From a bacterium HR11 (lineage in GTDB: Bacteria; Acidobacteriota; HRBIN11), in NCBI GenBank assembly GCA_002898535.1, contig BEHN01000007.1:4946-68945 (forward strand): DNA of 64,000 bases, read 5' to 3'. A model generated the notes under the pieces. It was given only the letters and a program-made list of their open reading frames with translations. It was not told where the DNA came from and made no database searches. Shown here one piece after another: positions 25,851-34,958 of this stretch. Position 1 is the first letter of the stretch, and each line of letters starts with the position of its first letter. Both the position numbers and the translations under genes were made by a program.

Positions 25851-27629
25851 ATGGGTCGCATCGTCATCCTGCCGGACGTCGTCGTCAACCGCATCGCCGC
25901 CGGGGAGGTCATCCAGCGGCCGGCGTCCGTCGTCAAGGAGCTCATCGACAATGCGCTCGATGCGGGCGCCCGTCGGGTCGAGGTCCGTCTCGAGAAGGGC
26001 GGCCGCCGGCTCGTCCTGGTCCGGGACGACGGTTGCGGGATGGACGCCGAGGACGCCGTGCTGGCCTTTGAGCGGCATGCGACCAGCAAGGTCCGAACCG
26101 TCGAAGACCTGACGGCTATTCAGACGCTGGGGTTCCGGGGCGAGGCCTTGGCGAGCATCGCCGCCGTCGCCCACGTCGTCCTGGAGACCCGGCCGCCGGA
26201 CGCCGAGATGGGGACCCGGGTCGAGGTCGTCGGCGGTCGTCTACGGAGCGTGACGCCGGCGGCCGTGGCGCCCGGGACGGTCGTCCAGGTCCGGGCGCTG
26301 TTCATGAACGTCCCGGCCCGGCGGAAATTCCTGGCGGCCCCGTCTGTCGAACTGGCCCACGTCCTGGAGGTCGTCCAGAACTACGCCCTGGCCTATCCGG
26401 ACCGGACGTTCCACCTGTGGCATGACGGCCGGGAGGTCTTCCTGTATCCGGCCGTGGCCGAGGCCGTCGAGCGGGTCCGGCAGGTGTACGGTGCCGAGGT
26501 CGCCCGGTCGTTGATCCCCCTGGCCTTGGAGACGTCCGAGGGGTCGGTCGTCGGGTGGGTGAGTCCTCCGGACGCGGGCGGATTCCGGGCCGACGGGATG
26601 CACGTGTTCGTGAACGGCCGGGTCGTCCGGGACCGCTTCCTCCTGCAGACCTTCCGGGAGGGCTGGCAGAGGTACGGGGCCCGTCGGCCCTATCCCCTCC
26701 TGGTCGCCTATCTTACGTGGCCGCCCGATGCGATGGACGTCAACGTCCACCCGACGAAGATGGAGGTCCGCTTTCGGGAGCCCGGGCGGGTCCAGGAGCT
26801 TATCTGGACGGCCCTGGACCGGGCCCTCCAGGCCCGCCGGCCCGTCCCGCAGTGGGCCCCACCGGCCGGGGCGTCCCGCCGGGTCGCCCTTCCGGAGGCG
26901 GTCGGGACGGAAGACCGGGCGCCCCTCCTTCGGCCTTCGGTCTCGTCGGGTCCCGTCTCGGTCGGTCCCGTCGGTCTGCCGTCGGCCGGCCGGGTGCCGC
27001 CGCCTGGTGCTGGCGAGTCGGAGGCACCGGCGCCTGTCCGATCGGCCGGTCGGGAACTGATCGGCCAGTGGGCCCGGTGCTACCTGGTCGTCCTGGAGGC
27101 CGAGGCGATCCTCCTGCTGGACCAGCACCTCGTTCATGAGCGTTACCTGTACGAGCAGTGGACGGCCTCGCCCCAGGCCCTGCCGACGCAGGCCCTCCTG
27201 ATGCCTATCCCCGTCGAGGTCGGGATGGCCGATGCCGCCTTCCTGGCCGGCTGTTCGGAGCAATTGCGGCGGCTCGGCTGGCAGTTGGAGCCCTTCGGTC
27301 CGGGGGCCGTGACCGTGCAGGCCGCGCCCCTCGGCGTCCCGGCCGACCGGGTCCCCGAGGTCGTCCTTCAGCTCCGTGCGATCCTGGAGTCGGCGCCCCG
27401 GGACCCGGTCGCCGGATGGGACGACCTGCTGAAGACGATGGCCTGCAAGGCGGCCGTCAAGATGGGGATGGAGCTATCGCCGGACCGGCGGGCCGCCCTG
27501 TTTGAGATGTGGCAGGTCCTGAAGGTGCCGCAGGTGTGCCCGCACGGTCGCCGGATGGCCCTTCGGATCCCCCTGACGAGGGTGCATCACCTGTTCGGTC
27601 GGACCTGGTCGGGAGAGTCCGCCCCATGA
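25851..27629 (+). CDS. mutL: DNA mismatch repair endonuclease MutL
   Basis: 592 aa from MGRIVILPDVVVNRIAAGEVIQRPASVVKELIDNALDAGA (GHKL ATPase). The C-terminal endonuclease motif DQHLVHERYLYE (DQHA(X)2E(X)4E) and CPHGRR are present. Confidence 0.9.
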   Translation: MGRIVILPDVVVNRIAAGEVIQRPASVVKELIDNALDAGARRVEVRLEKGGRRLVLVRDDGCGMDAEDAVLAFERHATSKVRTVEDLTAIQTLGFRGEALASIAAVAHVVLETRPPDAEMGTRVEVVGGRLRSVTPAAVAPGTVVQVRALFMNVPARRKFLAAPSVELAHVLEVVQNYALAYPDRTFHLWHDGREVFLYPAVAEAVERVRQVYGAEVARSLIPLALETSEGSVVGWVSPPDAGGFRADGMHVFVNGRVVRDRFLLQTFREGWQRYGARRPYPLLVAYLTWPPDAMDVNVHPTKMEVRFREPGRVQELIWTALDRALQARRPVPQWAPPAGASRRVALPEAVGTEDRAPLLRPSVSSGPVSVGPVGLPSAGRVPPPGAGESEAPAPVRSAGRELIGQWARCYLVVLEAEAILLLDQHLVHERYLYEQWTASPQALPTQALLMPIPVEVGMADAAFLAGCSEQLRRLGWQLEPFGPGAVTVQAAPLGVPADRVPEVVLQLRAILESAPRDPVAGWDDLLKTMACKAAVKMGMELSPDRRAALFEMWQVLKVPQVCPHGRRMALRIPLTRVHHLFGRTWSGESAP

Positions 27630-28915
27630 GCGTCCCGGTCGGCACGTTGTTGACGGTCCTGGCCATGGCGGCCCTCATCGGGCTGTCGTTCTTCTTCTCG
27701 GTGACCGAGACGGCCCTGCTGGCGTGCAACCGTCATCGGATGCGGCACATGGCCGAGCAGGGCCGCTGGCAGGCCCGGCTGGTCCTGGAGCTTTTAGAAA
27801 AGCCGGAGCACCTGCTGAGCGTCGTCCAGATCAGCGACAAGGTCGTGGACGCCGCCTTTGCGGCCCTGACGACCTACTGGATGGTCCGGCACTTCGGCGA
27901 GCGGGGCGAGGTCGTCCTGTATGCGACGGGCCTTATCGCCTTGGCGACGCTCCTTCTGGGGGAAGTCCTTCCCAAGACGTTGGGGGCCTACTACCCGGAC
28001 CGGATGGCCCTGTGGTTCGGTCCCTTCCTGTATCTCCTGCTCCTGGCGCTGTATCCGGCCGTACGGCTGACGGGGTCGCTGGCCCGACTGGGCCTGAGCT
28101 GGCTGGGTCATCGACGGCCCGGGCCGGAGCAGACAGACGGCCTATCCGAGGAGGAGGTCCGGAGCCTGCTCCTGGCGCTTCCCCGTTCGCCCCGATTCCT
28201 GTCCGGGCCGTTTCGCCTGATATGGCGGATCCTGGACCTGCCCCGGCATCCGGTCGACGAGATCATGGTCCCCCGCCATCGGGTTCAGCTCCTGGCGTTG
28301 GGCATGCCCGTCGAGCAGATTGCGGCGACGCTTCACACCAGCGCGTTTTCCCGGTTCCCCGTGTATCAAGACCGCCTCGACAACATCGTCGGCGTCCTGT
28401 ACGCCAAGGACTTCTGGGGCGCCTTCTTTCGGGGGCGTCTCCAGCGGCCCGAGGACGTGGCGGCCATCTTGCGGCCGCCCCTGGTCGTGACGTCGGGGGC
28501 CCGGATCGACTCGGTCCTCCGGGAGATGCAGAGGCGGCGGGTCCACATCGCCGTCGTGTTCGACGAGTACGGCCGCTTCGAGGGCATCGTCACGCTGGAG
28601 GACATCATCGAGGAGATCGTCGGTGAGATCGAGGACGAATTCGACGTGCGGCGGGCCCGGCGGGAGCCGCCGATTCAGCGGCGGGGCGACGACGTCTGGG
28701 AGGCTCTCGGGTCCGTGTCCATCAAGGAGCTCAACGAGGCCCTGCCGGAGCCCTTGCCGGAGAGCCACGAGTATGCGACACTGGCGGGCTTTCTCATCGC
28801 GCACCAGGAGCGGATCCCCGAGGCCGGCGAGGTCGTCGAGTACCCCCCGTATCGCTTCGAGGTCCTCGACCGCCAGGGCCCCCGCCTGCAGAGGGTCCGG
28901 ATCGTGAAGACGTAG
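27626..28915 (+). CDS. hemolysin/CorC/CNNM-family transporter-associated protein (DUF21 - CBS pair - CorC_HlyC)
   Basis: The start ATG overlaps the mutL stop (ATGA). The N-terminal DUF21 TM domain is MSVPVGTLLTVLAMAALIGLSFFFSVTETALLAC. Two CBS domains follow, with a C-terminal CorC_HlyC domain (EYATLAGFLIAHQERIPEAGEVVEY). Confidence 0.8.
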   Translation: MSVPVGTLLTVLAMAALIGLSFFFSVTETALLACNRHRMRHMAEQGRWQARLVLELLEKPEHLLSVVQISDKVVDAAFAALTTYWMVRHFGERGEVVLYATGLIALATLLLGEVLPKTLGAYYPDRMALWFGPFLYLLLLALYPAVRLTGSLARLGLSWLGHRRPGPEQTDGLSEEEVRSLLLALPRSPRFLSGPFRLIWRILDLPRHPVDEIMVPRHRVQLLALGMPVEQIAATLHTSAFSRFPVYQDRLDNIVGVLYAKDFWGAFFRGRLQRPEDVAAILRPPLVVTSGARIDSVLREMQRRRVHIAVVFDEYGRFEGIVTLEDIIEEIVGEIEDEFDVRRARREPPIQRRGDDVWEALGSVSIKELNEALPEPLPESHEYATLAGFLIAHQERIPEAGEVVEYPPYRFEVLDRQGPRLQRVRIVKT

Positions 28916-28923
28916 GAGGGCCG

Positions 28924-29541
28924 ATGTTCACGGGCATCGTCGTCGCATGTGGTCGGGTCACGGCTCGGGAAGAGCGGGGCGGGAACCTGCGTCTGGAAGT
29001 TCAGGTCCCTCCGGCGTGGACGGAACCCCTCCAGGTCGGCGACTCCATCGCCCTGGACGGCGTGTGTCTGACGGTCCTCGCCCGAGCGGGGGACCGCTTC
29101 GTCGTCGAAGCCGTCGAGGAGACCCTCCGGCGGACGACGTTGGGCACGTGGACCGTGGGCCGGCGGGTCAATCTGGAGCCGGCCCTGCGGGCCGGTCAGG
29201 CCCTGGGCGGCCACTGGGTCCAGGGCCACGTCGACGGCACGACGGTCCTGACGGACGTCGCCGACCGGCCCGGGAGCCGGCTCCACGTCTATGCGCTTCC
29301 AGAGGTCTGGCGGCCCTATGTCGTCCCGAAGGGAAGCATCGCCGTCAACGGCGTGAGTCTGACGGTCGTCGACGTCACGCCGACGGCTTTTTCGGTTAGC
29401 CTGATCCCGTATACCCTGGAGCATACGAATCTCGGCGACCTGCGGGTCGGGGACGTCGTCAACGTCGAGCTTGATATCCTGGCCAAGCACATCTATGCTT
29501 TAGTGAAGCCCTACCTCGACCGTTGGCCTGGGGGTCCGTGA
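28924..29541 (+). CDS. ribE: riboflavin synthase alpha subunit
   Basis: [26 protein letters not shown]... with the duplicated lumazine-binding domain (MFTGIV / second repeat VNGVSLTV). Confidence 0.85.
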   Translation: MFTGIVVACGRVTAREERGGNLRLEVQVPPAWTEPLQVGDSIALDGVCLTVLARAGDRFVVEAVEETLRRTTLGTWTVGRRVNLEPALRAGQALGGHWVQGHVDGTTVLTDVADRPGSRLHVYALPEVWRPYVVPKGSIAVNGVSLTVVDVTPTAFSVSLIPYTLEHTNLGDLRVGDVVNVELDILAKHIYALVKPYLDRWPGGP

Positions 29542-30749
29542 TGCCCTTTGCGACCATCGAGGAAGCCCTCGAAGCGCTCCGTCGTGGCCAGATGATCATC
29601 ATCGTCGACGACGCCGACCGGGAAAACGAGGGGGACCTCATGATCGCCGCCGAGAAGGTCACCCCCGAGGCCATCAACTTCATGGCCCGGTACGGCCGGG
29701 GCCTCATCTGCCTGGCGATGGAGCCGAAGCGGCTCGACGAGCTTCAGATTCCCCTGATGGTCAGCGACAACGCGTCGCCCTACGGAACGGCCTTCTGCGT
29801 GTCCATCGAGGCGAAAAACAAGGTCACGACGGGCATCTCAGCCTACGACCGGGCGACGACGATCCTGACGGCCATCGACCCGCGGACGAAGCCGGAAGAC
29901 CTGGCCCGGCCGGGCCACGTCTTCCCCCTCCGGGCCAAGGAGGGCGGTGTCCTCCAACGGGCCGGCCACACGGAGGCGGCCGTCGACCTGTGCCGACTGG
30001 CGGGCCTCTACCCGGCCGGCGTCATCTGCGAGATCCTGAACGACGACGGCACGATGGCCCGGGTGCCGGACCTGGAACAGTTCGCTCGAGCGCATGGTCT
30101 CCTCATGATCACGGTCGCCGACCTCATCCGCTTCCGAATGCAGAGGGAGCGGCTCGTCCGGGAGGTCATCCGGGTCGACCTGCCGACCGAGTTTGGGACC
30201 TTTCAGCTTCATGCCTTCGAGAACGTCATCGACCACACCCACCACGTGGCCTTGACGATGGGGGACATCCGGCCCGACGAGCCCGTCCTCGTGCGGGTTC
30301 ACTCGGAATGCCTGACGGGGGACGTGTTCCACTCCCTACGGTGTGACTGCGGCCAGCAGTTGGAGAAGGCGCTCGGCCTGATCGCCGAGGCGGGCCGGGG
30401 TGTCCTGTTGTACATCATGAACCACGAGGGCCGGGGGATCGGCCTTCTCAACAAGCTTCGGGCTTACGAACTGCAAGACCGCCAGGGCCTGGACACCGTC
30501 GAGGCCAACCGGTCCCTGGGCTTCAAGCCCGACCATCGGGACTACGGCATCGGGGCGCAGATCCTACGGGAGTTGGGCGTCCGGAAGATGCGTTTGATGA
30601 CGAATAACCCGACGAAGTACATCGCCTTAGACGGCTACGGCCTGGAGATCGTCGAGCGGGTCCCCCTGGAAGTCCCGCCCAACCCTCGCAACCGGGACTA
30701 TCTGCGAACGAAAAAAGAGAAACTCGGACACATCCTCTCGACCGTTTAG
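29541..30749 (+). CDS. ribBA: bifunctional 3,4-dihydroxy-2-butanone-4-phosphate synthase / GTP cyclohydrolase II
   Basis: The start overlaps the ribE stop (TGATG). The DHBP synthase part is [16 protein letters not shown]. The GTP cyclohydrolase II part is ...[18 protein letters not shown]...GRGIGL. Confidence 0.9.
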   Translation: MPFATIEEALEALRRGQMIIIVDDADRENEGDLMIAAEKVTPEAINFMARYGRGLICLAMEPKRLDELQIPLMVSDNASPYGTAFCVSIEAKNKVTTGISAYDRATTILTAIDPRTKPEDLARPGHVFPLRAKEGGVLQRAGHTEAAVDLCRLAGLYPAGVICEILNDDGTMARVPDLEQFARAHGLLMITVADLIRFRMQRERLVREVIRVDLPTEFGTFQLHAFENVIDHTHHVALTMGDIRPDEPVLVRVHSECLTGDVFHSLRCDCGQQLEKALGLIAEAGRGVLLYIMNHEGRGIGLLNKLRAYELQDRQGLDTVEANRSLGFKPDHRDYGIGAQILRELGVRKMRLMTNNPTKYIALDGYGLEIVERVPLEVPPNPRNRDYLRTKKEKLGHILSTV

Positions 30750-30751
30750 GG

Positions 30752-31789
30752 ATGGACCTGCAGAGCCGCATCGCGGAGTTTCGGCGTGCGTCCAGTGCGA
30801 CGGCACGGGCGAACGTCCTCCGCCGACTCGCCACGGAAGGCGGGCCTGAGGTCGAGGCCCTGCTGATGGAGGCGCTTCAGGACCCGGCGGCCGTCGTCCG
30901 GTACACGGCCCTCTCCGTCTTGGAAAGCCGAGGCACATACGACCGAGACACGGTCGTGCGGGCCCTGGGGGATTCTTCCAAGATGGTCCGTCGGCTGGCC
31001 CTACGGCTTCTCCAGCGTTGGCCTGACCCGGCCTTTCTGCCCATCGTGACGCCCTTTCTCGACGACGAGGACCTGGGCTTACGCCTGCTGGCGATGGACT
31101 GGCTCTTTGTGTTGGGCGAGGCGGGCTTACCGTACCTACAAGCCCTGCAGGAAGACACGATGTTCAGCGTCCGGATCAAGGCCCGCCATTACGTGCGGGA
31201 CCTTCGCCGGCGGTTCCCGACGTCGCGCCCGGCGGCCCCCCCGCCGGCGCCCTCGGTCCCAGAACCGGCCCGACCGACGCCCCCGACGGCCTCTTGGCGG
31301 GAGTCTTTGGAACGCCTGCCCATCGTGGAGGGCGCCGACAGCCGCCTTCTCATCGAGCGGATCCTCCAGGAAGGTGGGGAAGAAGCGGCTCGGGCCTTGA
31401 TTCATTTTTTAGAAGACCCCCGTTGGAACCGACGGGAGATGATCGTCCAGGCCCTCCGGAGTTACCCCCACTTTCCCAGCGTATACCTTCACCCCCTTCT
31501 GACTCATCCTCTTTGGTACGTCCGAGCCGCCGCCATCGAGCTGTTAGGCTCCTTTCAAGACCCCGTCCTCCTGGAGCACGCCACCCGCTTAGCCAAGGAC
31601 CCCAATATCGAGGTCCGGCGAGCCCTGGTCGGGGCGCTTCGCCATTTCCGCTTCGAAGAGGACGCCCGCCTCGTCCTGGAGGTCCTGGCCCGGGACGACC
31701 ACTTCCTGATCCGGCGGCTCGCCCGGGAGAGTCTCATCCAACTCCGGCAGACTTCTTCTTCGACGGGCCCGGAACCGGGGCTTTCATGA
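30752..31789 (+). CDS. HEAT-repeat (PBS-lyase-like) protein
   Basis: Repeated ...DPAAVVRYTALSVLE..., DSSKMVRRLALRLL, DPRWNRREMIVQAL, WYVRAAAIELL and DPNIEVRRALVGAL units, with a Pro-rich central linker. Confidence 0.6.
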   Translation: MDLQSRIAEFRRASSATARANVLRRLATEGGPEVEALLMEALQDPAAVVRYTALSVLESRGTYDRDTVVRALGDSSKMVRRLALRLLQRWPDPAFLPIVTPFLDDEDLGLRLLAMDWLFVLGEAGLPYLQALQEDTMFSVRIKARHYVRDLRRRFPTSRPAAPPPAPSVPEPARPTPPTASWRESLERLPIVEGADSRLLIERILQEGGEEAARALIHFLEDPRWNRREMIVQALRSYPHFPSVYLHPLLTHPLWYVRAAAIELLGSFQDPVLLEHATRLAKDPNIEVRRALVGALRHFRFEEDARLVLEVLARDDHFLIRRLARESLIQLRQTSSSTGPEPGLS

Positions 31790-32420
31790 GCAGGTGCTTC
31801 TCCTCGACGGCCCGGTCCTGGTAGAAGGCCTGGATGAGAAGGGCCCCCATACCGTCGGGAAACTCCGGGAGCCGAAAGCGGGCGATGACCTGACCCCGGT
31901 CGTCCGTGTAGCCTTCCCAGAGGGTCATGACGGGCCGGACCGTGCTGATCACGCGGGCGACGACGTGGGCCCCTGCCACGGGCTGGCCGCTCTTTTCTGT
32001 CGTGACGGATACGGGAAGCTCGACGGAGCTTCCTTCCTGGAAGGTGCGGTCCCGGTCATACTGAAGCTGGATGGCCTCCCGCTGTTGGGCCTGGGCCCGC
32101 AAATATTCCAGGATGACCTCGTCGAGGGACTTGGCCGGCGGCGTCGGGGGCTGGGCCGGTAGGGGTCCGCTCTCGAACCGGCCCTCCCGGATGTCGGCGA
32201 TGGCCATCTTGTGCTGTTGCTCCATGAGGCGGTAAATCAGGAGGGGCTGGAAGCCTCGCTTTTCCAGGAGGTCCTTGTAACTGGTCCGCCGGGCTTCGAT
32301 GATCTCCCCGCCCAGGTAGATGAGGGTCTCGATGACCGGATTGGAGGCGCCCTTGTCTTCCGTCTGGACGTGGTAAACCTTGCCGTTGTGTTTGACGTCC
32401 GTGTTGAAGCCCGTCAGCAT
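31734..32420 (-). CDS. conserved hypothetical protein
   Basis: 228 aa from MLTGFNTDVKHNGKVYHVQTEDKGASNPVIETLIYLGGEIIEARRTSYKDLLEKRGFQPLLIYRL... Composition is globular and coding-like. The 3' end overlaps the HEAT gene convergently by about 56 nt. Confidence 0.5.
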   Translation of the reverse strand: MLTGFNTDVKHNGKVYHVQTEDKGASNPVIETLIYLGGEIIEARRTSYKDLLEKRGFQPLLIYRLMEQQHKMAIADIREGRFESGPLPAQPPTPPAKSLDEVILEYLRAQAQQREAIQLQYDRDRTFQEGSSVELPVSVTTEKSGQPVAGAHVVARVISTVRPVMTLWEGYTDDRGQVIARFRLPEFPDGMGALLIQAFYQDRAVEEKHLLMKAPVPGPSKKKSAGVG

Positions 32421-32649
32421 CGGGGCTTCCCTCGATATGCGTAGGGGTCCTGGGTCTCGGGTGCCAGGTCCCGGCATCATCGGTGGTGGGTGCTCAGTGC
32501 TGATATTGGGTTTTCAGAGATGGGGATCGGAGGTCCAGCGTCTGAAAAAGCCTGATGTCCGACTCCTCAACACCGAACACCCAAGCCCTGACACCGGTAA
32601 GCCGGGACTCGAGACCTACGCTCCCGATAATATAGCGGAACCGGGAATT

Positions 32650-33741
32650 CTACTCAAGACGGATGCCTGTCGGCACGTCCGCCGGGGTCGAAAATCGGCG
32701 GGCCAACTCTTCAGGAATCGGGCGGCTGATGACGCCCCGATCGGTGATGATGGCCGTGATGAGCTCGTGGGGCGTCACGTCAAAGGCCGGGTTCCATACA
32801 GGCGTACCCTCCGGAGCGATGGGGACGTCCATGACGTGGGTCACCTCCTGAGAGTTCCGTTCCTCGATAGGGATGTGGGTCCCGTCGGGTGTCGCCATGT
32901 CGATCGTCGAATAGGGGGCCGCCACGTAGAAGGGGAGTCCGTGATAGTGGGCCAGGACAGCCAGCGTGTATGTCCCGACCTTGTTGGCCGTGTCCCCGTT
33001 TCGGGCGATGCGGTCGGCCCCCGTGAGGACGGCGGACGCCATGCCCCGCTGGAGCAGAAAGCCGGCCATGCCGTCCGTGATCAGGGTCGCCGGGATGCCT
33101 TCCCGGAGGAACTCCCACATCGTCAGGCGGGCTCCCTGAAGATACGGTCGGGTCTCACAGACGTAAACCCGCTCAAGAAGGCCCCGCCGCCAGAGCGTGC
33201 GGATGACGCCGGCGGCCGTCCCGTAGCCCGCCGTGGCGAGAAACCCCGTGTTGCAGATGGTCAGAAGACGGGCCGGCTCGTGAAATAACTGGGCGCCATA
33301 CTCGCCGATCCGGCGGTTGAGAGCGACGTCCTCGACCTGAATCTCCAGGGCTTCCGTCCGGAGGTACCGGAACAGCTCGTCGGGCGGTGCGTCCAGATGA
33401 GCCTCCAGGACTCGTTCCATCCGGCGAAGGGCCCACGTCAGATTGACGGCCGTCGGCCGGGTCTGCCGGAGGGTCTCGGCGACCCGTCGGAAGTAGGCCC
33501 GCCGAGCTTCGGGGTCTGTCGGGACGCCCGACGAAACCCGGAAGGCCAGGGCGACGCCCATGGCCGCCGCTACGCCGATGGCCGGGGCCCCCCGGATGAC
33601 CATCGTCCGAATCGCCTGGGCCATATCCTCATAGGTCCGAGCGATGTAAACTTCTTCCCGATGGGGCAGGTAGCGCTGGTCGATCATCCAGACCGTATGG
33701 TCTTCCACCTGCCAGACGATGGGCGTCTCATACGGCCACAT
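32650..33741 (-). CDS. mtnA: S-methyl-5-thioribose-1-phosphate isomerase (eIF-2B alpha/beta/delta family)
   Basis: 363 aa: MWPYETPIVWQVEDHTVWMIDQRYLPHREEVYIARTYEDMAQAIRTMVIRGAPAIGVAAAMG... with the C-terminal MtnA active-site region CETRPYLQGARLT. Confidence 0.85.
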   Translation of the reverse strand: MWPYETPIVWQVEDHTVWMIDQRYLPHREEVYIARTYEDMAQAIRTMVIRGAPAIGVAAAMGVALAFRVSSGVPTDPEARRAYFRRVAETLRQTRPTAVNLTWALRRMERVLEAHLDAPPDELFRYLRTEALEIQVEDVALNRRIGEYGAQLFHEPARLLTICNTGFLATAGYGTAAGVIRTLWRRGLLERVYVCETRPYLQGARLTMWEFLREGIPATLITDGMAGFLLQRGMASAVLTGADRIARNGDTANKVGTYTLAVLAHYHGLPFYVAAPYSTIDMATPDGTHIPIEERNSQEVTHVMDVPIAPEGTPVWNPAFDVTPHELITAIITDRGVISRPIPEELARRFSTPADVPTGIRLE

Positions 33742-33811
33742 GGATGCCTCCGCCGGTCCGGCGGTTCAACGGCCCGGTTGCCGAGGGACCGAACGGCCCT
33801 TATTATACTAC

Positions 33812-34160
33812 GGGAATTCGGCCATTCGGGAGTTCGGCAGTTCGGCCATAAGGCAGATGGGCAGAGCAGGGTGGGCTGACAGCAGCTGACGTGATTGTGG
33901 CTTTTTGGGTCATTGGATGGGATTTTATGGCACACGAGTAGCGAATGGCGAGTGGCGAGTAGCGAGTAGCGAATGGCGAGTAGCGAGTAGCGAATGGCGA
34001 GGACGGGGCGGTCCCCGGGGAGGCGTCCTGTGGCTCATAGGTCATATTAGCTCATGGGTCATGGCTCATGGTCCCATGAGCTATGAGCCAATAGGGGCCA
34101 TCGGCTTGCCGCCCGTCCACCGGCCTATCGGCCGAATGGCCGAACTCCCGAATTCCCGGC
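33812..34160. repeat. compound palindromic heptamer-repeat region: family B arms (33812-33850, 34130-34160) enclosing family D (GCGAGTAGCGAATGGCGAG, 33936-34000) and family E (CTCATGGGTCATGGCTCATGG, 34032-34092) arrays
   Basis: Successive 7-bp-period tandem arrays (GGGAATTCGG, GAGTAGC/GAATGGC, CATGAGC) are arranged as nested inverted repeats between mtnA and rpmH. Confidence 0.6.
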
Positions 34161-34173
34161 TACTCGATGAGCC

Positions 34174-34308
34174 ATGAAGCGGACGTTTCAGCCGAACATT
34201 CGCCATCGCAAGAAGACGCACGGCTTCCGAGCTCGGATGCGAACGCCGGGGGGCCGGCGGGTCCTCAAGCGGCGTCGGCAGAAGGGCCGATGGCGCCTGA
34301 CGCCGTGA
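34174..34308 (+). CDS. rpmH: 50S ribosomal protein L34
   Basis: 44 aa: [44 protein letters not shown]. It is too short for the ORF track. It sits in the canonical position upstream of rnpA. Confidence 0.9.
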   Translation: MKRTFQPNIRHRKKTHGFRARMRTPGGRRVLKRRRQKGRWRLTP

Positions 34309-34688
34309 ACCGTCGGGAGACCTGGCCGCCCGACCTCCGCCTGCGCAAGCGTCGGGACTATCAGCGGGTCTTCCAGGAGGGCCGGACGGAGGCGACGCCC
34401 TACTTCATCCTGCGGTGGCGACCCAACGACCGGGGCGTGCCCCGGCTCGGCCTCCAGATCGGTCGTCGGGCGGCCCCGCGGGCCGTCGTTCGCAACCGCT
34501 GGAAGCGCTGGGCCCGGGAAGTCTTCCGGCGACATCGCCACGGATGGCCGCCTGTAGACATCGTCTTGGTGGCCCGGCCGGAGATGAAAGAGCTGTCCTT
34601 CTCATCCTTTCAAGCCGTTTTCCTGGCCGCCGTCCAGCGAATCGTCCGGCGGTGGGAGCGGCTTCGGTCGGGGAGTGGCCCGGCATGA
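34290..34688 (+). CDS. rnpA: ribonuclease P protein component
   Basis: In the frame of ORF 34167..34688 from ATG 34290 (alternative GTG 34305), overlapping the rpmH 3' end. The sequence ...[28 protein letters not shown]...[14 protein letters not shown] is the RnpA basic RNR-like motif. Confidence 0.8.
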   Translation: MAPDAVNRRETWPPDLRLRKRRDYQRVFQEGRTEATPYFILRWRPNDRGVPRLGLQIGRRAAPRAVVRNRWKRWAREVFRRHRHGWPPVDIVLVARPEMKELSFSSFQAVFLAAVQRIVRRWERLRSGSGPA

Positions 34689-34951
34689 TACGGACCGTCT
34701 TGTTAGCAGGAATTCGCCTCTACCAATGGCTGATCCGACCGTGGCTACCCCCCGTCTGCCGATTCTGGCCGAGTTGTTCGGAGTACACCTACCAGGCGAT
34801 TCAGTGGTACGGCCCCTACCGGGGCCTCTGGATGGGCCTGAAGCGGATCGCCCGTTGCCACCCCTGGCACCCCGGTGGGTATGACCCCGTCCCCCCGCCG
34901 CCGTCCGTCCGGGATACCGTCCCTGGACCATCCCATTCGTCGTCTGTGTGA
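34685..34951 (+). CDS. yidD: membrane protein insertion efficiency factor YidD
   Basis: The start overlaps the rnpA stop (ATGA). [68 protein letters not shown] is followed by a Pro-rich tail. Confidence 0.8.
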   Translation: MIRTVLLAGIRLYQWLIRPWLPPVCRFWPSCSEYTYQAIQWYGPYRGLWMGLKRIARCHPWHPGGYDPVPPPPSVRDTVPGPSHSSSV

Positions 34952-34958
34952 GGCACCG

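Noticed and set aside
28850-28930. An FMN riboswitch upstream of ribE.
   Set aside because: Only 9 nt separate the upstream gene stop from the ribE start, leaving no space for an RFN element.
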